Assembly: GCF_006345805.1 (NCBI RefSeq)
Contig: NW_021833134.1
Span: 1 to 29,139, forward strand
Reading direction: 5' to 3'
From: Octopus sinensis
Lineage: Eukaryota
Length of the DNA: 29,139 bases
This document shows positions 1-11,774 of the stretch, piece by piece. Positions within the stretch are counted from its first letter, which is position 1, and every line of letters begins with the position of its first letter. Made by a program: the position numbers and the translations under genes. The notes under the pieces were generated by a model that did no database searches, had not been told where the DNA came from, and saw nothing but the letters and a program-made list of their open reading frames with translations.

Positions 1-170
1 TTATACAAACCGGCTTAATACAGAAAAATAAGACGGGATTAGATGATGTTCATCGTTAATTTATGATGCTTTCTCTTTATTTAGTGTTTTACGTTCACCT
101 CGTAGGTACGAAACCATTTTTATACATTATTTACATTTGACGGATATTTGTCCTCATCTTGTTTGTTGTT

Positions 171-217
171 AGCATGACTTTTCTGCTGATATACCCTCCA
201 ACCTTCATCAGATGTCT
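171..217 (-). ncRNA. Degenerate minimal type I hammerhead-like motif
   Basis: agacau CUGAUGA a GGUUG-gaggguauau-CAGCA GAAAA GUC augcu. The CUGAUGA core is intact, stems I and II pair partly, and stem III is damaged. Confidence 0.55.
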
Positions 218-258
218 TGGGGAAATTTCGAACCTGAGTTTTCATTCTTAAGGTTTTT

Positions 259-414
259 TTGTTGTTGTTGTTGTTGTTGTTGTTGTTGCTGTTGTTGTTG
301 TTGTTGTTGTTGTTGAGGCGGTTTTTGTTGTTGTTCTTGTTGATGTTGTTTTTGTTGTTGTTCTTGTTGTTCATGCTGTTTTTGTTGTTGTTGTTGTTGT
401 TGTTGTCATCATCA

Positions 415-445
<31 letters not shown>

Positions 446-459
446 CATTATTATTTTTA
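259..459. repeat. (GTT)n/(CAT)n/(ATT)n microsatellite
   Basis: Directly visible trinucleotide runs. Confidence 0.95.
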
Positions 460-856
460 TTCAGTTCACTACTTGGAATCGAACTCGGAGACTTGGGGTT
501 AGTAGCCCGCTCTCTTAAGTACTACGCCATATAGAACTGTATTTTTATGCACATTGTCGCAAACCGATTAGTGTTGCTTTTTCACTTCATATACTCACCT
601 ACGTATAAGTGTAGCAATGCAGCAAATTCTAACTGGATTCGAAATTCCGAATAAGGTTTTACTATAAACAGTAAATAATTACCTACACCCCAGACTCTTA
701 AGAGAGTTTAACTATAAGAATTATAAGAACTATTTAGCTATAAGAATATTAATAATTCAGTCCTAAACAAAAATTAAATGCACAAAATCGTTCTTCTAGG
801 AGAAGACACTTGACAAAGATCGTTCTTGACCAAGACACTTGACAAAATCGTTCTTC

Positions 857-952
857 ATAGCAGAAGACACTTGACCAAGATGCCACGCAGTGGGACTGAA
901 CCCAGAACCATGTGGTTGGTAGGCAAGCTACTTACCACACAGCCACTCCTGC
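857..952 (-). mobile_element. 5' fragment of tRNA-derived SINE family A
   Basis: Reverse complement matches the GCAGGAGTGGCTGTGTGGTAAGTAGCTTGC...GGTTC head of the copies at 1453, 2097 and 18266. Confidence 0.85.
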
Positions 953-1097
953 ACCTATCATTAAATATTTTATTCAGTGACATAATGCTGAGCTGTCCCC
1001 TGGAAACAAAATGAAGGACCAGCTGAGAGAGAGTTCAAAATTTAATTCCGCCAATTACAAAAGGATCTGAATTAACATGAAATCTGTCCTTTTCAAA

Positions 1098-1457
1098 TTA
1101 TACAAACCGACTTAATACAGAAAAATAAGACGGGATTAGATGATGTTCATCGTTAATTTATGACGCTTTCTCTTTATTTAGTGTTTTACGTTCACCTCGT
1201 AGGTACGAAACTATTTTTCTACATTATTTACATTATTTACATTTGACGGATATTCGTCCTCATCTTGTTTGTTGTTAACATGACTGTTCTGCTGATATAC
1301 CCTCCAGCCGTCTCCAGATGTCTTGGGGAAATTTCGAACCTGAGTTTTCATTCTTAAGGTATTTTTCGTTGTCGTCGTCGTTGTCGTCGTCGTTGTTGTT
1401 GTGGTGTTGTTGTCGTCCTAAACAAAAATTGAATGCACAAAATCGTTCTTCTAGGAG
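1098..1457 (+). repeat. Diverged local duplicate of 1-258 plus 760-802, with an internal deletion
   Basis: 1098-1365 aligns with 1-258, including unique flank outside the SINE. 1415-1457 aligns with 760-802 (43 bp, 1 mismatch). Confidence 0.9.
1277..1323 (-). ncRNA. Degenerate hammerhead-like motif, paralog of 171-217
   Basis: agacau CUGGAGA c GGCUG-gaggguauau-CAGCA GAACA GUC auguu. Stem I GACAU/AUGUU pairs fully and the core is mutated. Confidence 0.45.
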
Positions 1458-1862
1458 TGGCTGTGTTGTAAGTAGCTTGCTTACCAGCCACATGGTTCCG
1501 GGTTCAGTCCCACTGTGTGGCACCTTGGGCAAGTGTCTTCAACTATAGCCTCGGGCTAACCAAAGCCTTGTGAGTGGATTTGGTAGACGGAAACTGAAAG
1601 AAGCCCGTCGTATATATATATATATATGTATGTATGCATGTGTGTGTATATATGTTTGTGTGTCTGTGTTTGTCTCCCCCAACATCGCTTGACAACCGAT
1701 GCGGGTATGTTTACGTCCCCGTAACTTAGCGGTTCGGCAATAAGCGATCGATAGGCTTACAAAGAATAGGTCCTAGGGTCGATTTGCTCAACCAAAGGCG
1801 GTGCTCCAGCATGGCCACAGTGAAATGACTGAAACAATTAAAAGAGTAAAAGTGTAAAAGAG
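1453..1862 (+). mobile_element. Near full-length tRNA-derived SINE family A
   Basis: tRNA-like head, internal (TA)/(TG) tract and (GTAAAAGA)n-like tail. Homologous to 2097-2511 and 18266-18650. Confidence 0.9.
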
Positions 1863-2096
1863 CAACAATAAACGATTTGGGACTGTGCTTGTAGTTAGGT
1901 CCTGACCATGAATTAGAATAATTCTACTGTGCAACAGATGTTGAATTCTCACTCATCAAGGAACCTTCCTTTCTGATGCTTGTGAAAGAGAATCTAGAGC
2001 TGATCCAGATTTTTAAATGTAACTTTCATTCCTACAATTCGTTAAAATTTTTCAGAGCACTTACGAATAAAACATACGTGTGAAAAAAAAATAAAA

Positions 2097-2511
2097 CTCT
2101 TACTCTTTACTCTTTTACTTGTATCAGTCATTTGACTGCGGCCATGCTGGAGCACCGCCTTTAGTCAAGCAAATCGACCCCGGGAATTATTCTTTGTAAG
2201 CCCAGTGTTTATTCTATCGGTCTCTTTTGCCGAACCGCTAAGTGACGGCGACATAAACACACCAGCATCGGTTGTCAAGCAATGCTAGGGGGACAAACAC
2301 AGACATACACACACACACATATATATAAATATATATATATATACATATATACGACGGGCTTCTTTCAGTTTCCGTCTACCAAATCCACTCACAAAGCTTT
2401 GGTCGGCCCGAGGCTATAGTAGTAGACACTTGCCCAAGATGCCAAGCAGTGGGACTGAACCCGGAACCATGTGGTTGGTAAGCAAGCTACTTACCACACA
2501 GCCACTCCTGC
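2097..2511 (-). mobile_element. Full-length tRNA-derived SINE family A
   Basis: Reverse-complement homolog of 1453-1862. Confidence 0.9.
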
Positions 2512-2674
2512 ACCTTGTACATTAAATAATGATATAAATACTTATTTATATTATTCAGGAAAAGTGGTAAAATGGGACAACCGATACACACTTTGCGGAG
2601 TGGATACTTAATGATATAAATACTTTTCTTGAGATGTACCAAACGATGAGATACGAGATATTTGGGAAAACGGA

Positions 2675-2846
2675 AAAGGGCCAGCCTTGTCACATTATGT
2701 GTCCCGCTGAATCTCTCTGGGGAATTCATTAAGAGTACTCGTGTCTGTAGACGATCAGTCAATTAACTGCACGTTAATTTCACGAGAAGATTGTTCCGTT
2801 GATCGGGTAAACTGGAACTCTCGTCGTCGTAACCGACGGAGTACCA
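2675..2846 (+). mobile_element. 3' fragment of SINE family C
   Basis: CACGTTAATTTCACGAG...CGTCGTAACCGACGGAGT matches the 3' part of 20372-20770. Confidence 0.85.
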
Positions 2847-2902
2847 GTTTTAATATACATATATAATATATGTACACAAATACATATATACGTACATACA
2901 TG

Positions 2903-2945
<43 letters not shown>

Positions 2946-3114
2946 TACCAAATACATAAGGTACAGGGAACTTATATATGCACCATTCTGCTTAGATAAT
3001 GGAGCTGCGGATAGACTATCCTTACGTATCTCACGTCTGTTTTCATTCCTCCACTTCACTCTGCATTTCATATCTTCTCTATAAAAACTATTACTTAGAT
3101 ATTTTCTTGCACCA

Positions 3115-3160
3115 TCTCTGATGAAGGGATATATAAAATATCCCGGAAACAGCTGTAAGA
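3115..3160 (+). ncRNA. Minimal type I hammerhead ribozyme with intact core
   Basis: ucu CUGAUGA A-GGGAUA-uauaaaa-UAUCCC-G GAAAC AGCU GUA aga. It has a canonical core, a 6-bp stem II, palindromic ACAGCUGU stem III, a GUA cleavage triplet and a 3-bp stem I. Confidence 0.75.
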
Positions 3161-4102
3161 CCATCTCTTTATAAATGTTCTGAAAATATTCACAACCTTG
3201 GACATTTTATATCATTCTGTTATTTTTTTTATATATGCATGCTAATATACGACCTACGTTGGACTCCTCACTCGTAACATTATCGAGCCTGGAGTTTAAC
3301 TATAGTCTGTCTATAGCACTTACTCAGCATTACCTGACACCTTTGGGTCTTCTTGACACCAATACATCTCCAACCCCCTATGCATTTATATATATATATA
3401 TATATTATTCAGTACATACACCAGTATACCAAATAGTATATGAGAACGGATTTTTAGATTTTCATTTAACTACTTATCTCTCAACAAGCGAACGCACATA
3501 TGCACTCATACATAGCATGGGCTGAAAGCTTGCCTACGTTATTAGAGATGTGAACAAGAATCAGAGAAAACGAGAAAGATACAGAAATATCATACAGACT
3601 TAGTTATTCTTCCCGTTTCATATTTATTTAAATATCACACACCAAAGAAATATTATATCTCTTTACACATTTCAGTCATACATAGACACACGTGTGACGA
3701 TACATTTAAGCTTGCACAACACTTTCACATACAGACTTATGAAAAATAAAAAAACCAAACCTATGCGTACACACTAACGCATGCACAATGAATACCAGAG
3801 TATAAGTGTATATACATGTGCGGGTGTAAGTGTGCATGAATGCGCGTGTATGTGCAGGTGGGTGCGGTGTGTGCGTACATATATTATACATACACACACA
3901 CATATATATATATATATATGGTATCACGTACATTAAAACACATTAAGAGGCTTCCATCATAGGAAAGCATTGTGCTAGAAAGAGCAGTAGAAAACTCAAA
4001 CCACTAATTAAAGATACATTTTCGAAAGGAATGAAAATTTAAAACATTTACCATCTAATTTAGTTCCTAGACCATGGTTTCTGACTAATTTCAGTAAAAA
4101 AT

Positions 4103-4340
4103 AAGACCAGCAGTCGCCCATACATACCAGCCTCCCCTCGCCAAACCACTGATGTTATCCAAGGGAAAGGCAAAGGGGCCGATACGGCTTGGCACCATTG
4201 ACGTCGCAACTCATTTCTAAGGATGTGTGAACAGGAGCAACGTGAAATAAAGTGGCTTGCTCAAGAACACAACACGCTCGGGATTCGAGCTCACAACGTC
4301 ACGATCGTAAGCTCTAACCACTGAGCCATGCGCCTTCACA
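4103..4340 (-). mobile_element. tRNA-derived SINE family D, 3'-truncated
   Basis: Minus strand begins TGTGAAGGCGCATGGCTCAGTGGTTAGAGC (A box) and continues GAGCTCGAATCCC (B box like), then GTGTTCTTGAGCAAG. Confidence 0.85.
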
Positions 4341-4569
4341 TACATATAACACATAGGAATATATATATACGGATGATTGTATTTATGTCTCTATCAATCT
4401 ATCAATCTATCTATCTATCTATATATATATCTATCTATTTATGAATGTATGTATGTATACACGCGAGCGTACATTTGCAGCTGGTGCGGGTTGTTATTAT
4501 CTTCATCAACAACAAAGTATTCCGCAGAAAGTATCCTATCCTTTTAATATCTCTCCACATTATATCTTG

Positions 4570-4726
4570 CTATTTCTCGTCGTCGTCGTCGACATCCTCT
4601 TCCTTGTCCTCCTCCGACTCCGACTCCTCCTCACCATCATCATTATCATCATCGTCATCATCATCATCATCATCATCATCAATATTATCATGTTGTTGTT
4701 GTAATTGTTGTTATTGTGGCAGTTGC

Positions 4727-4786
<60 letters not shown>

Positions 4787-4790
4787 GATT
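4570..4790. repeat. Compound trinucleotide microsatellite (CGT/CAT/GTT/ATT)
   Basis: Directly visible. Confidence 0.9.
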
Positions 4791-5324
4791 TCGTCGTCAA
4801 CATCACCATATCATCAACATATTTTTATTTCATTTTAGGAAGCATTGGATGAGGAAGGAGTATTTTCTATGCTTGTTTGGTTGGTTAGTTGTTTTTTTTC
4901 TTTCTTTTTTTCGTTCTTTTTCTACTTTTCCCTCATCTTCAAACTTTCTTCAGTAGAAAGAAAGATAGATCTAACCCTTTAGGTTAGACTTCGATATACT
5001 GAATAAGAATATGAATGCGAATAACAATAAGAACAACAAATTAAAAAATGAAATTTAAAAAAAAGAAACAATCAATACCTATAAAACACACAAACATAAA
5101 ATTTGATAGAAATCACAGAAAGACAAATTAACAAAAGACCAAGCAGAATGGTAGAAAAAAATGAAAATAAAGAATCACGAAAAAAGTTTTACAGAAACAT
5201 ATATATTTCAATCAGTATTTCTCTGGATATATCTATCTGACATTACTCAATGTATCTATCTATTCTGTCTACATATCTGCCTCTTATATACAGACTCTCT
5301 CCCTCTGCGGCTTCTCTCTCTCTC

Positions 5325-5357
5325 CATTTATCTATCTATCAATCAATCAATCAATCA

Positions 5358-5429
<72 letters not shown>

Positions 5430-5455
5430 GTATATATATATGATATATTTATATG

Positions 5456-5519
<64 letters not shown>

Positions 5520-6194
5520 AATACGCATAAAGATAGTGTATATATCTATATATCTATCTCTTATCTATATATATATGCGTATACATATATATATATGCGT
5601 ATCGCATATATATATATATATATATAGAAATATATATGCGTATCCATATATATATATATATGTCTGCCTGCCCATCAGTTCTTCTACCTGTCAATCTCCA
5701 CATTGTTTTGTATTCCCCTATATCTACACTCCCTCGTTATCAATTTACCTGTCTTTTTGGCTATTTATCTAGCTATCTGCCTATTCATCTATCTTTCTCA
5801 ATACACACACACACACACACACAAACATATCTACTTATATATGTACACATATATACATATATATATATATATATATACACACAAGTTACTACCTATTTCT
5901 TTCTCTCTTTGTTTTTTTTGTGCTTCTCTGTCTCTCTTTCTTTATATGTATATACATATGTATGTGTACGTGTGTGTGTGTATGTGTGTGTGTGTGTGCG
6001 TGTGCGTGCGTGGGTATCATTTTATTTATCTGCCTTTCTCAGGATATCACTGTCTATCCCTTTCTGTATCGTACTTTCAACGTTTGCTACGTAGCTCTAT
6101 AACTTATAATAATCTTGTCATTTTTTTATACTGAGACAATATATATATATATATATATATCTATCTATATGTGTGTGTGTGTGTGTATGGGTAT

Positions 6195-6225
<31 letters not shown>

Positions 6226-6267
6226 CACTCATACATATATAAAAAACGCGCAAAACACACACACACA

Positions 6268-6321
<54 letters not shown>

Positions 6322-6776
6322 CACATATACAAACAGACACCCCACACATATATATATATATATGCATAAATGATATCAACATATAGATAAACGTATTAGA
6401 TACTTTCTCCTCCTACATTCATTCGGTATCTTTTCTTCTTATTTCCATTTTTTTAATGCTAAATATGTACATATTTTTTTTTAATGCTAAAAATCATAAT
6501 TATAATGTCAAAGAGACATGCATTACAAGCCGACACTCATAATAGTGTAGCTTTGATTAAAATATAAAGCCTTGAGAATTATAATGCATACTAACATTAT
6601 TTTTTGCAATTACATCTAAACGGTATATGTACGTATACACATAGATGCATACATATACATACATACATATATAGAAACATACGTAAATGCACACGCGGGT
6701 ATATATGTATATGTATATATATATATTGCATATATATTGATATATATATCACAGTATCAAAGTATATACATTATAC

Positions 6777-6844
<68 letters not shown>

Positions 6845-7160
6845 TATATATATATGATAGAAACGTGTCTATGCTTGAATGTGTGTTACATATTTATAAT
6901 TGTATTTGTACATACGTGAAAGTATATATACGCATGTTTCTATGTATGTAATTGTATACATATGTACACATATTTATTTATGCAATTACCTATAGGTGTA
7001 CGTGTGTGTGTGAGTGTGTGTGTTTGTGTATGTGCATGTTCATATATGCATATGCGCATATATATGATTACATATATGTGTGTATGCATAATGTATTTGT
7101 GTATATGTTACATATATGCAAATAATTTTACACGAATATATACCTATTTTTGTATAAATG

Positions 7161-7192
<32 letters not shown>

Positions 7193-7530
7193 CGCATATA
7201 TATATATATATATACGCATACATATATATATATATACAAATGTATATATATATATGTGCATATATATAAACGTATTTTTATAGAATATATGTATGCATAT
7301 ATATATATACATATATATATGTAGATATTACATCTATGTTAATATACAAATTATATATATGAATATGAAGGATATATAATACATATATATATATATTACA
7401 TATATATATATATCTATGTATATATATATATATGTATATCTATATATATATATATATATGATATATATGTATATATATATACTATTATACATATACATAT
7501 ATATATATATATACGTACACACATGCATGT
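5325..7530. repeat. Extended (TATC)n/(TA)n/(CA)n low-complexity region
   Basis: Directly visible, with short unique interruptions. Confidence 0.9.
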
Positions 7531-7889
7531 ATCTGTGTATCTATGTAATGAATATAAGTATCATTTTAAGAAGCTGAAAGTCACCTCTAGAAATATTTCG
7601 TATCTACGTATCTGTATTTTTTCCTCTCATTTGTTAAAGATAAATTAATATTCCTTTTTTTTCTTCTTTTAGTCATCATGTTTTCGAATATCATTAATGT
7701 AAGAACCATCTCTCTTTTAGTTAGTCACGCTCATGCATTAACAATCTGTGTATTTTTATTGTTTACCGCGTTCATTATTCTTAGTTTTTGTTATTGTTTT
7801 TTTTTTTTGTTTTTTTCTTGTCTTTTTTACATTCTTCTTCTTGTTCTTTTTTTTATTTTTTGCTATTATCTTTCATGCTATTGTCATTA

Positions 7890-8082
7890 TTACTATTGCT
7901 ACTGCCCTTATTATTATTATAGCTGTTTTTGTTGTCATCACCATCATCATCGTCATCATCATTATTATCATTATCATCATCATTATTATTATTATCATCA
8001 TCATCATCTTTATAGGTGTATATTTTTTAGAAAAGCCTTAAAAATTTTTACTCGTCTTAAAGTTATTTTCAACAGCTGCAGA

Positions 8083-8130
<48 letters not shown>

Positions 8131-8303
8131 CAATATATACATATATTGTTATACACATAACTATACATATATATATATATACGTACATATATATATACAT
8201 ATATATATACTTGCATATATATATATGGATACATGCATATATATACTTATATATATATGTATATTTATATATACATATATGCATAAACATACAGATGTAG
8301 TAC

Positions 8304-8346
<43 letters not shown>

Positions 8347-8417
8347 GTATGTATATATAACATACATATATATATACACACACACGCACAACACACCACA
8401 ACACACACACACACCAC

Positions 8418-8459
<42 letters not shown>

Positions 8460-9018
8460 ATATATTAGATACACACTTTGGTCTATGTGTGCATGCAAGA
8501 AACTTCGTTGTCAAATATTAAAAATGCAATGACAGAAAATTGCAAGAATGACAAACCAAATCTCTAAAGCTAAATCAAAATCGTATGAAAAAGCAAATGC
8601 TTGTGAAATATCTGTCATATGGAGAGACAAATAAATGGCCATGTAATATCCAGTGGGTTCTACCGTTTTTAAACTTAAATGGAATATGTTCATGATTTTT
8701 GCTAAATTTATTATTAATGTATTTTCTTGTGTTTTGAGTTCCATATTACTTTCTAGATATTTTTTTTATTATCTTGTTCATATATTTGGATATCTATCTT
8801 TCCTCCCTTCTCTCTTACACTCTCTTTCTCCCCACCACTGTCTTCATATTCCCTGTCTGTCAGCCTATGTCTCCCTCATTTTCGATATATATCTATATAT
8901 ATATAATATGTATGTATGTAGTATGTATGTATGTATGTATGTATATTTATATGCATACCTACTATATATATAGTATATGTACATGTATACATACATTATA
9001 TACATACATATGTATATC

Positions 9019-9065
<47 letters not shown>

Positions 9066-9145
9066 GTATATATACCTATATATATATGTATGTATGTATG
9101 TATGTTTGTATGTATATTTGTATGTATGTTGATGATGTATGTACG

Positions 9146-9179
<34 letters not shown>

Positions 9180-9180
9180 T
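7890..9180. repeat. (CAT/TAT)n, (TA)n and (TATG)n tracts around a unique island at about 8490-8880
   Basis: Directly visible. Confidence 0.85.
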
Positions 9181-9333
9181 GAACATTTCTACACTGAATG
9201 TTATTAAAATTGAAAACATTTACAATTGTTCCCTACATATACACACGCTCACCTTATCTCACATAACCCTGGTAACGCACCTAAACACACCTGTGAGTGT
9301 AGATACATTTATATACACATATGTACCTTAACA

Positions 9334-9500
9334 TATAACGGAAAGGTTTACGAAAATAAACAAAAGACGAAGGCAGGTGGAGTACAAACAAACAAATGTA
9401 TTAGTATAACGCTCAGGAATAGAAAAAGTATTTTACGTTTTGAGCCTACGCTCTTCGACAGAAAGATACACAGAAAACAAACAAGGAGAAAAACAAGGAG
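9334..9500 (-). mobile_element. Hammerhead-bearing terminal repeat of a probable Penelope-like element (family P1)
   Basis: Homologous to 25593-25717 and 12619-12790. Layout is a pyrimidine-rich leader, an HHR-like motif, then the CCTGAGCG..TAATAC tail. Confidence 0.65.
9429..9466 (-). ncRNA. Variant hammerhead-like motif (CUGUCGA core, G12 to A)
   Basis: ucuuu CUGUCGA A GAGC-guag-GCUC AAAACGU A aaaua. Confidence 0.5.
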
Positions 9501-10063
9501 AGAAAAAATGTGTGTAGAAGCTAACGATCTATCATGGCATCCTGACCATACCTTAATATATACATACATATGTATGTGGATAAATATATATATTACTGTA
9601 CGTATGTTTGTGTATGTTTATGCGTGTGTATGCGCGTTTGTTTGTGGGTGCATGGACAGAGAAATCCGTTAACAAATCGAACTACGTACATCAGAGTGCA
9701 AACTCATGACTATTTACTCTGGCGCTACTCTGAATTGCACGGAATCCTTACTGAATGTAATTGAATAAACATGAGTGGAAAGATGGCTGATGAAATTGAC
9801 ACTGTTTTCTTTATCCAAAACAAGACTAACTGCTTGGATAGTTTGGTATATAAATGAATGTATATAATATGCCTGGAACAATGGTTGTTGTTTGTTGTCC
9901 AGTGTTGAGATGACCAGTAAGATTTTACATTATTTATTATGCAGAGCATATTGGTCTAATTTGGCTTTGAAATTTCTTTAAGAAAATATTTCTCACCTGT
10001 ATTCCTTCATGTGCGTCTTTCTTTCTGCTTACATCTCTTTCTGTGTCTTATTTGTGAAAGTAT

Positions 10064-10260
10064 GTGGCTTCGTGGTTAGGGCGCTGCTGATTGTAAGATT
10101 GTGGCACCGTGCGATGCGCTGCGTTCTTGAGCAATTCATGTTGCTTCAGTCCACTCATCTGGCAAAGCCTAGTAACCGTACAACAACCCGTCGTATCTCC
10201 GGTGATAGGGGCAATGTTTATGCAACAGATTTCAGGAAACCTGCCTTATGACCCTATGGC
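10064..10260 (+). mobile_element. Old, degenerate tRNA-derived SINE related to family D
   Basis: GTGGCTTCGTGGTTAGGGCG head, GTTCTTGAGCAA, and TGTTGCTTCAGTCCACTCA resemble the reverse complement of 4103-4340. Confidence 0.55.
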
Positions 10261-10359
10261 TTAAGAAGGATATTTTACCCTTTTGTTGTGTCTCATGTCA
10301 TAAATTTCCAACTGAAACATTTTTAATTTATCATCAGCCTCTTTACTTCAATTCCTGTA

Positions 10360-10620
10360 TTGCTTAGCTTCCACCACAGACATGCATACACCATCCACCA
10401 AACCAACCATTTTCTCAGCCATATTCTTGGCGGGGTCGTAAGTATAGCGTCCCCAGGAACCTCCTTCATAAGGCCTTATCAGAAGCAACCGTCAGAAGCA
10501 ACCAGGGATAATAATCTAACCATCACTTTGTCGTTCCACCACCAGGTCTCCTACCAGTTTGTTCGGCTCGAAGGATCTTGTGATTTTTTTTCTGCGACAT
10601 TCACATTACATATTGTTCCC
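10360..10620 (-). pseudogene. Decayed RTE-type LINE ORF fragment (linker between endonuclease and RT)
   Basis: Minus strand at 10550-10530 encodes ETWWWND, followed by a frameshifted GGS..RY...AK..AEK.V...EAK segment. The TWWWN motif is typical of RTE LINE ORFs. Confidence 0.5.
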
Positions 10621-11278
10621 ACCTGTTACGTTGCTTGTGAAAGCAAAATCTGTGACTGGACTTACAAAATATAACAGATAATATTGCATTTACTTTCGTG
10701 TTGCTCTGCTTCTAATTTTTCATTGCTTTTATTAAAGGATATATTTTCTAACTAAGATATCATTCATTTTCCTTTCCTTTTGTCTCGTATCTAGTACTAT
10801 TATTTCCTTTTATACATTAAAATATAATGTTTTGTATAAGGCAAAACATCCTGTGCAATTTCTGTATTGTATCTATCAAATGATTTTCTCTCTTTCATTA
10901 TCAATTTTAATCCCCAGTGCAAGGCACAGAATGAAGCCTTAAATCCAGTTTCGAAATTGAAAATTCTGTACAGTTGATTCGCTTTGCTGTCAACTATAGA
11001 CGTTTACAAATCCGCATATCTGGTCGGTCTGTACGTTTCAAGAAAAAGAATTCATGTAATAAATTCCATTCAAAGTCCAGTGTTTTCAAAGTTAAACAGA
11101 TGGGACAAAAGTAAAAGGAAATACAATACACATGCATAGCAACATGTATCTAATACACTATAATAAGCTAAAGGAATTAATAGCTGTATTACAGATTTTA
11201 AAGGTTTTGTAACTTGCTGTGATTATATTCGACAAGACTACTTCTGTCAGTAGGAACTCCTTGTCCATTTGATTTGTA

Positions 11279-11446
11279 TTGGGTTGTCCGAAAAATTCAT
11301 GCCAATTTTTAAAGGAAAGAAAAAGGTCAATAAATACTTGCCATTACATTTTTAATCGACCAAATGTGAACCATTTTGTTGCACAATGCGTCTCCATCTT
11401 TCCTTTAACTTGAAAATACCCCCTTCCCAGAATTGACGTGGTTTCA
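11279..11446 (-). mobile_element. 3' end of a mariner DNA transposon
   Basis: 11444-11352 encodes KPRQFWEGGIFKLKERWRRIVQQNGSHLVD*, a mariner transposase C-terminus. The TIR TTGGGTTGTCCGAAAA follows a TA at 11277-11278. Confidence 0.85.
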
Positions 11447-11774
11447 CAGTTTACACTGATTTTCAAAAGGTTCACATAGAAAGACTTGGCTTATGTCGCA
11501 GTTGTCTTGCTTCTGAATAGTAGTTGAAGCTTGCCTATTTTTATAGGGACTTCATGCCTCAAATTAGTATATGTTTTAAATAGGATTTGATTGGTAAAGG
11601 ATAGTCACATGACTGATCTTAGAAATTTTTGTAGATTCCCCGCTACGGCTTTGTTTTAGCCTCAAGTGACAATGTTAAGGCTGACACTGTTGACTGAAAA
11701 TGTTCAAACAGTCAATACTCTGAATGTTTCCTGTCACGTGTTTGTAGAGAATGTACACATGATTAAGTTTATAA

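Larger units (their letters stand above)
122..532 (-). mobile_element. tRNA-headed SINE-like element with internal microsatellite, hammerhead-like motif and tandem-repeat tail (family H)
   Basis: Minus strand at 532-460 reads ATATGGCGTAGTACTTAAGAG...GAGTTCGATTCCAAG (A-box and B-box like). It is followed by (AAT)n/(AAC)n, then a CTGATGA...GAAA motif, and ends in an AATGTAAAT-AATGTA tail near 122. Confidence 0.7.

Noticed and set aside
460-532. tRNA-like heads (also at 1453, 4340 and 20372) as true tRNA genes
   Set aside because: The acceptor stems do not close, and each head continues into a SINE body.
952-975. Flank similarity (CATTAAATA..TTATTCAG) with 2511-2560 beside two SINE heads
   Set aside because: The matches are short and AT-rich and cannot be distinguished from chance.
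4966-4992. TCTAACC/GGTTAGA 7-bp hairpin
   Set aside because: It is an isolated hairpin in AT-rich DNA, and its flanks do not match a ribozyme core.
6074-6098. Minus-strand GAGCTACGTAGCAAACGTTGAAAG resembling a hammerhead 3' half
   Set aside because: There is no CUGANGA core, G12 is missing and there is no stem I partner. It could be a relic but is unsupported.
7673-7698. 26-nt micro-exon candidate (strong pyrimidine tract, GTAAGA donor)
   Set aside because: Such sites arise often by chance in T-rich DNA, and there is no coding or partner-exon support.
10300-10340. CTGATGA...GAAA on the minus strand (also CTGATGA at 9787 on the plus strand)
   Set aside because: No stem II or stem III pairing, so these are chance matches.
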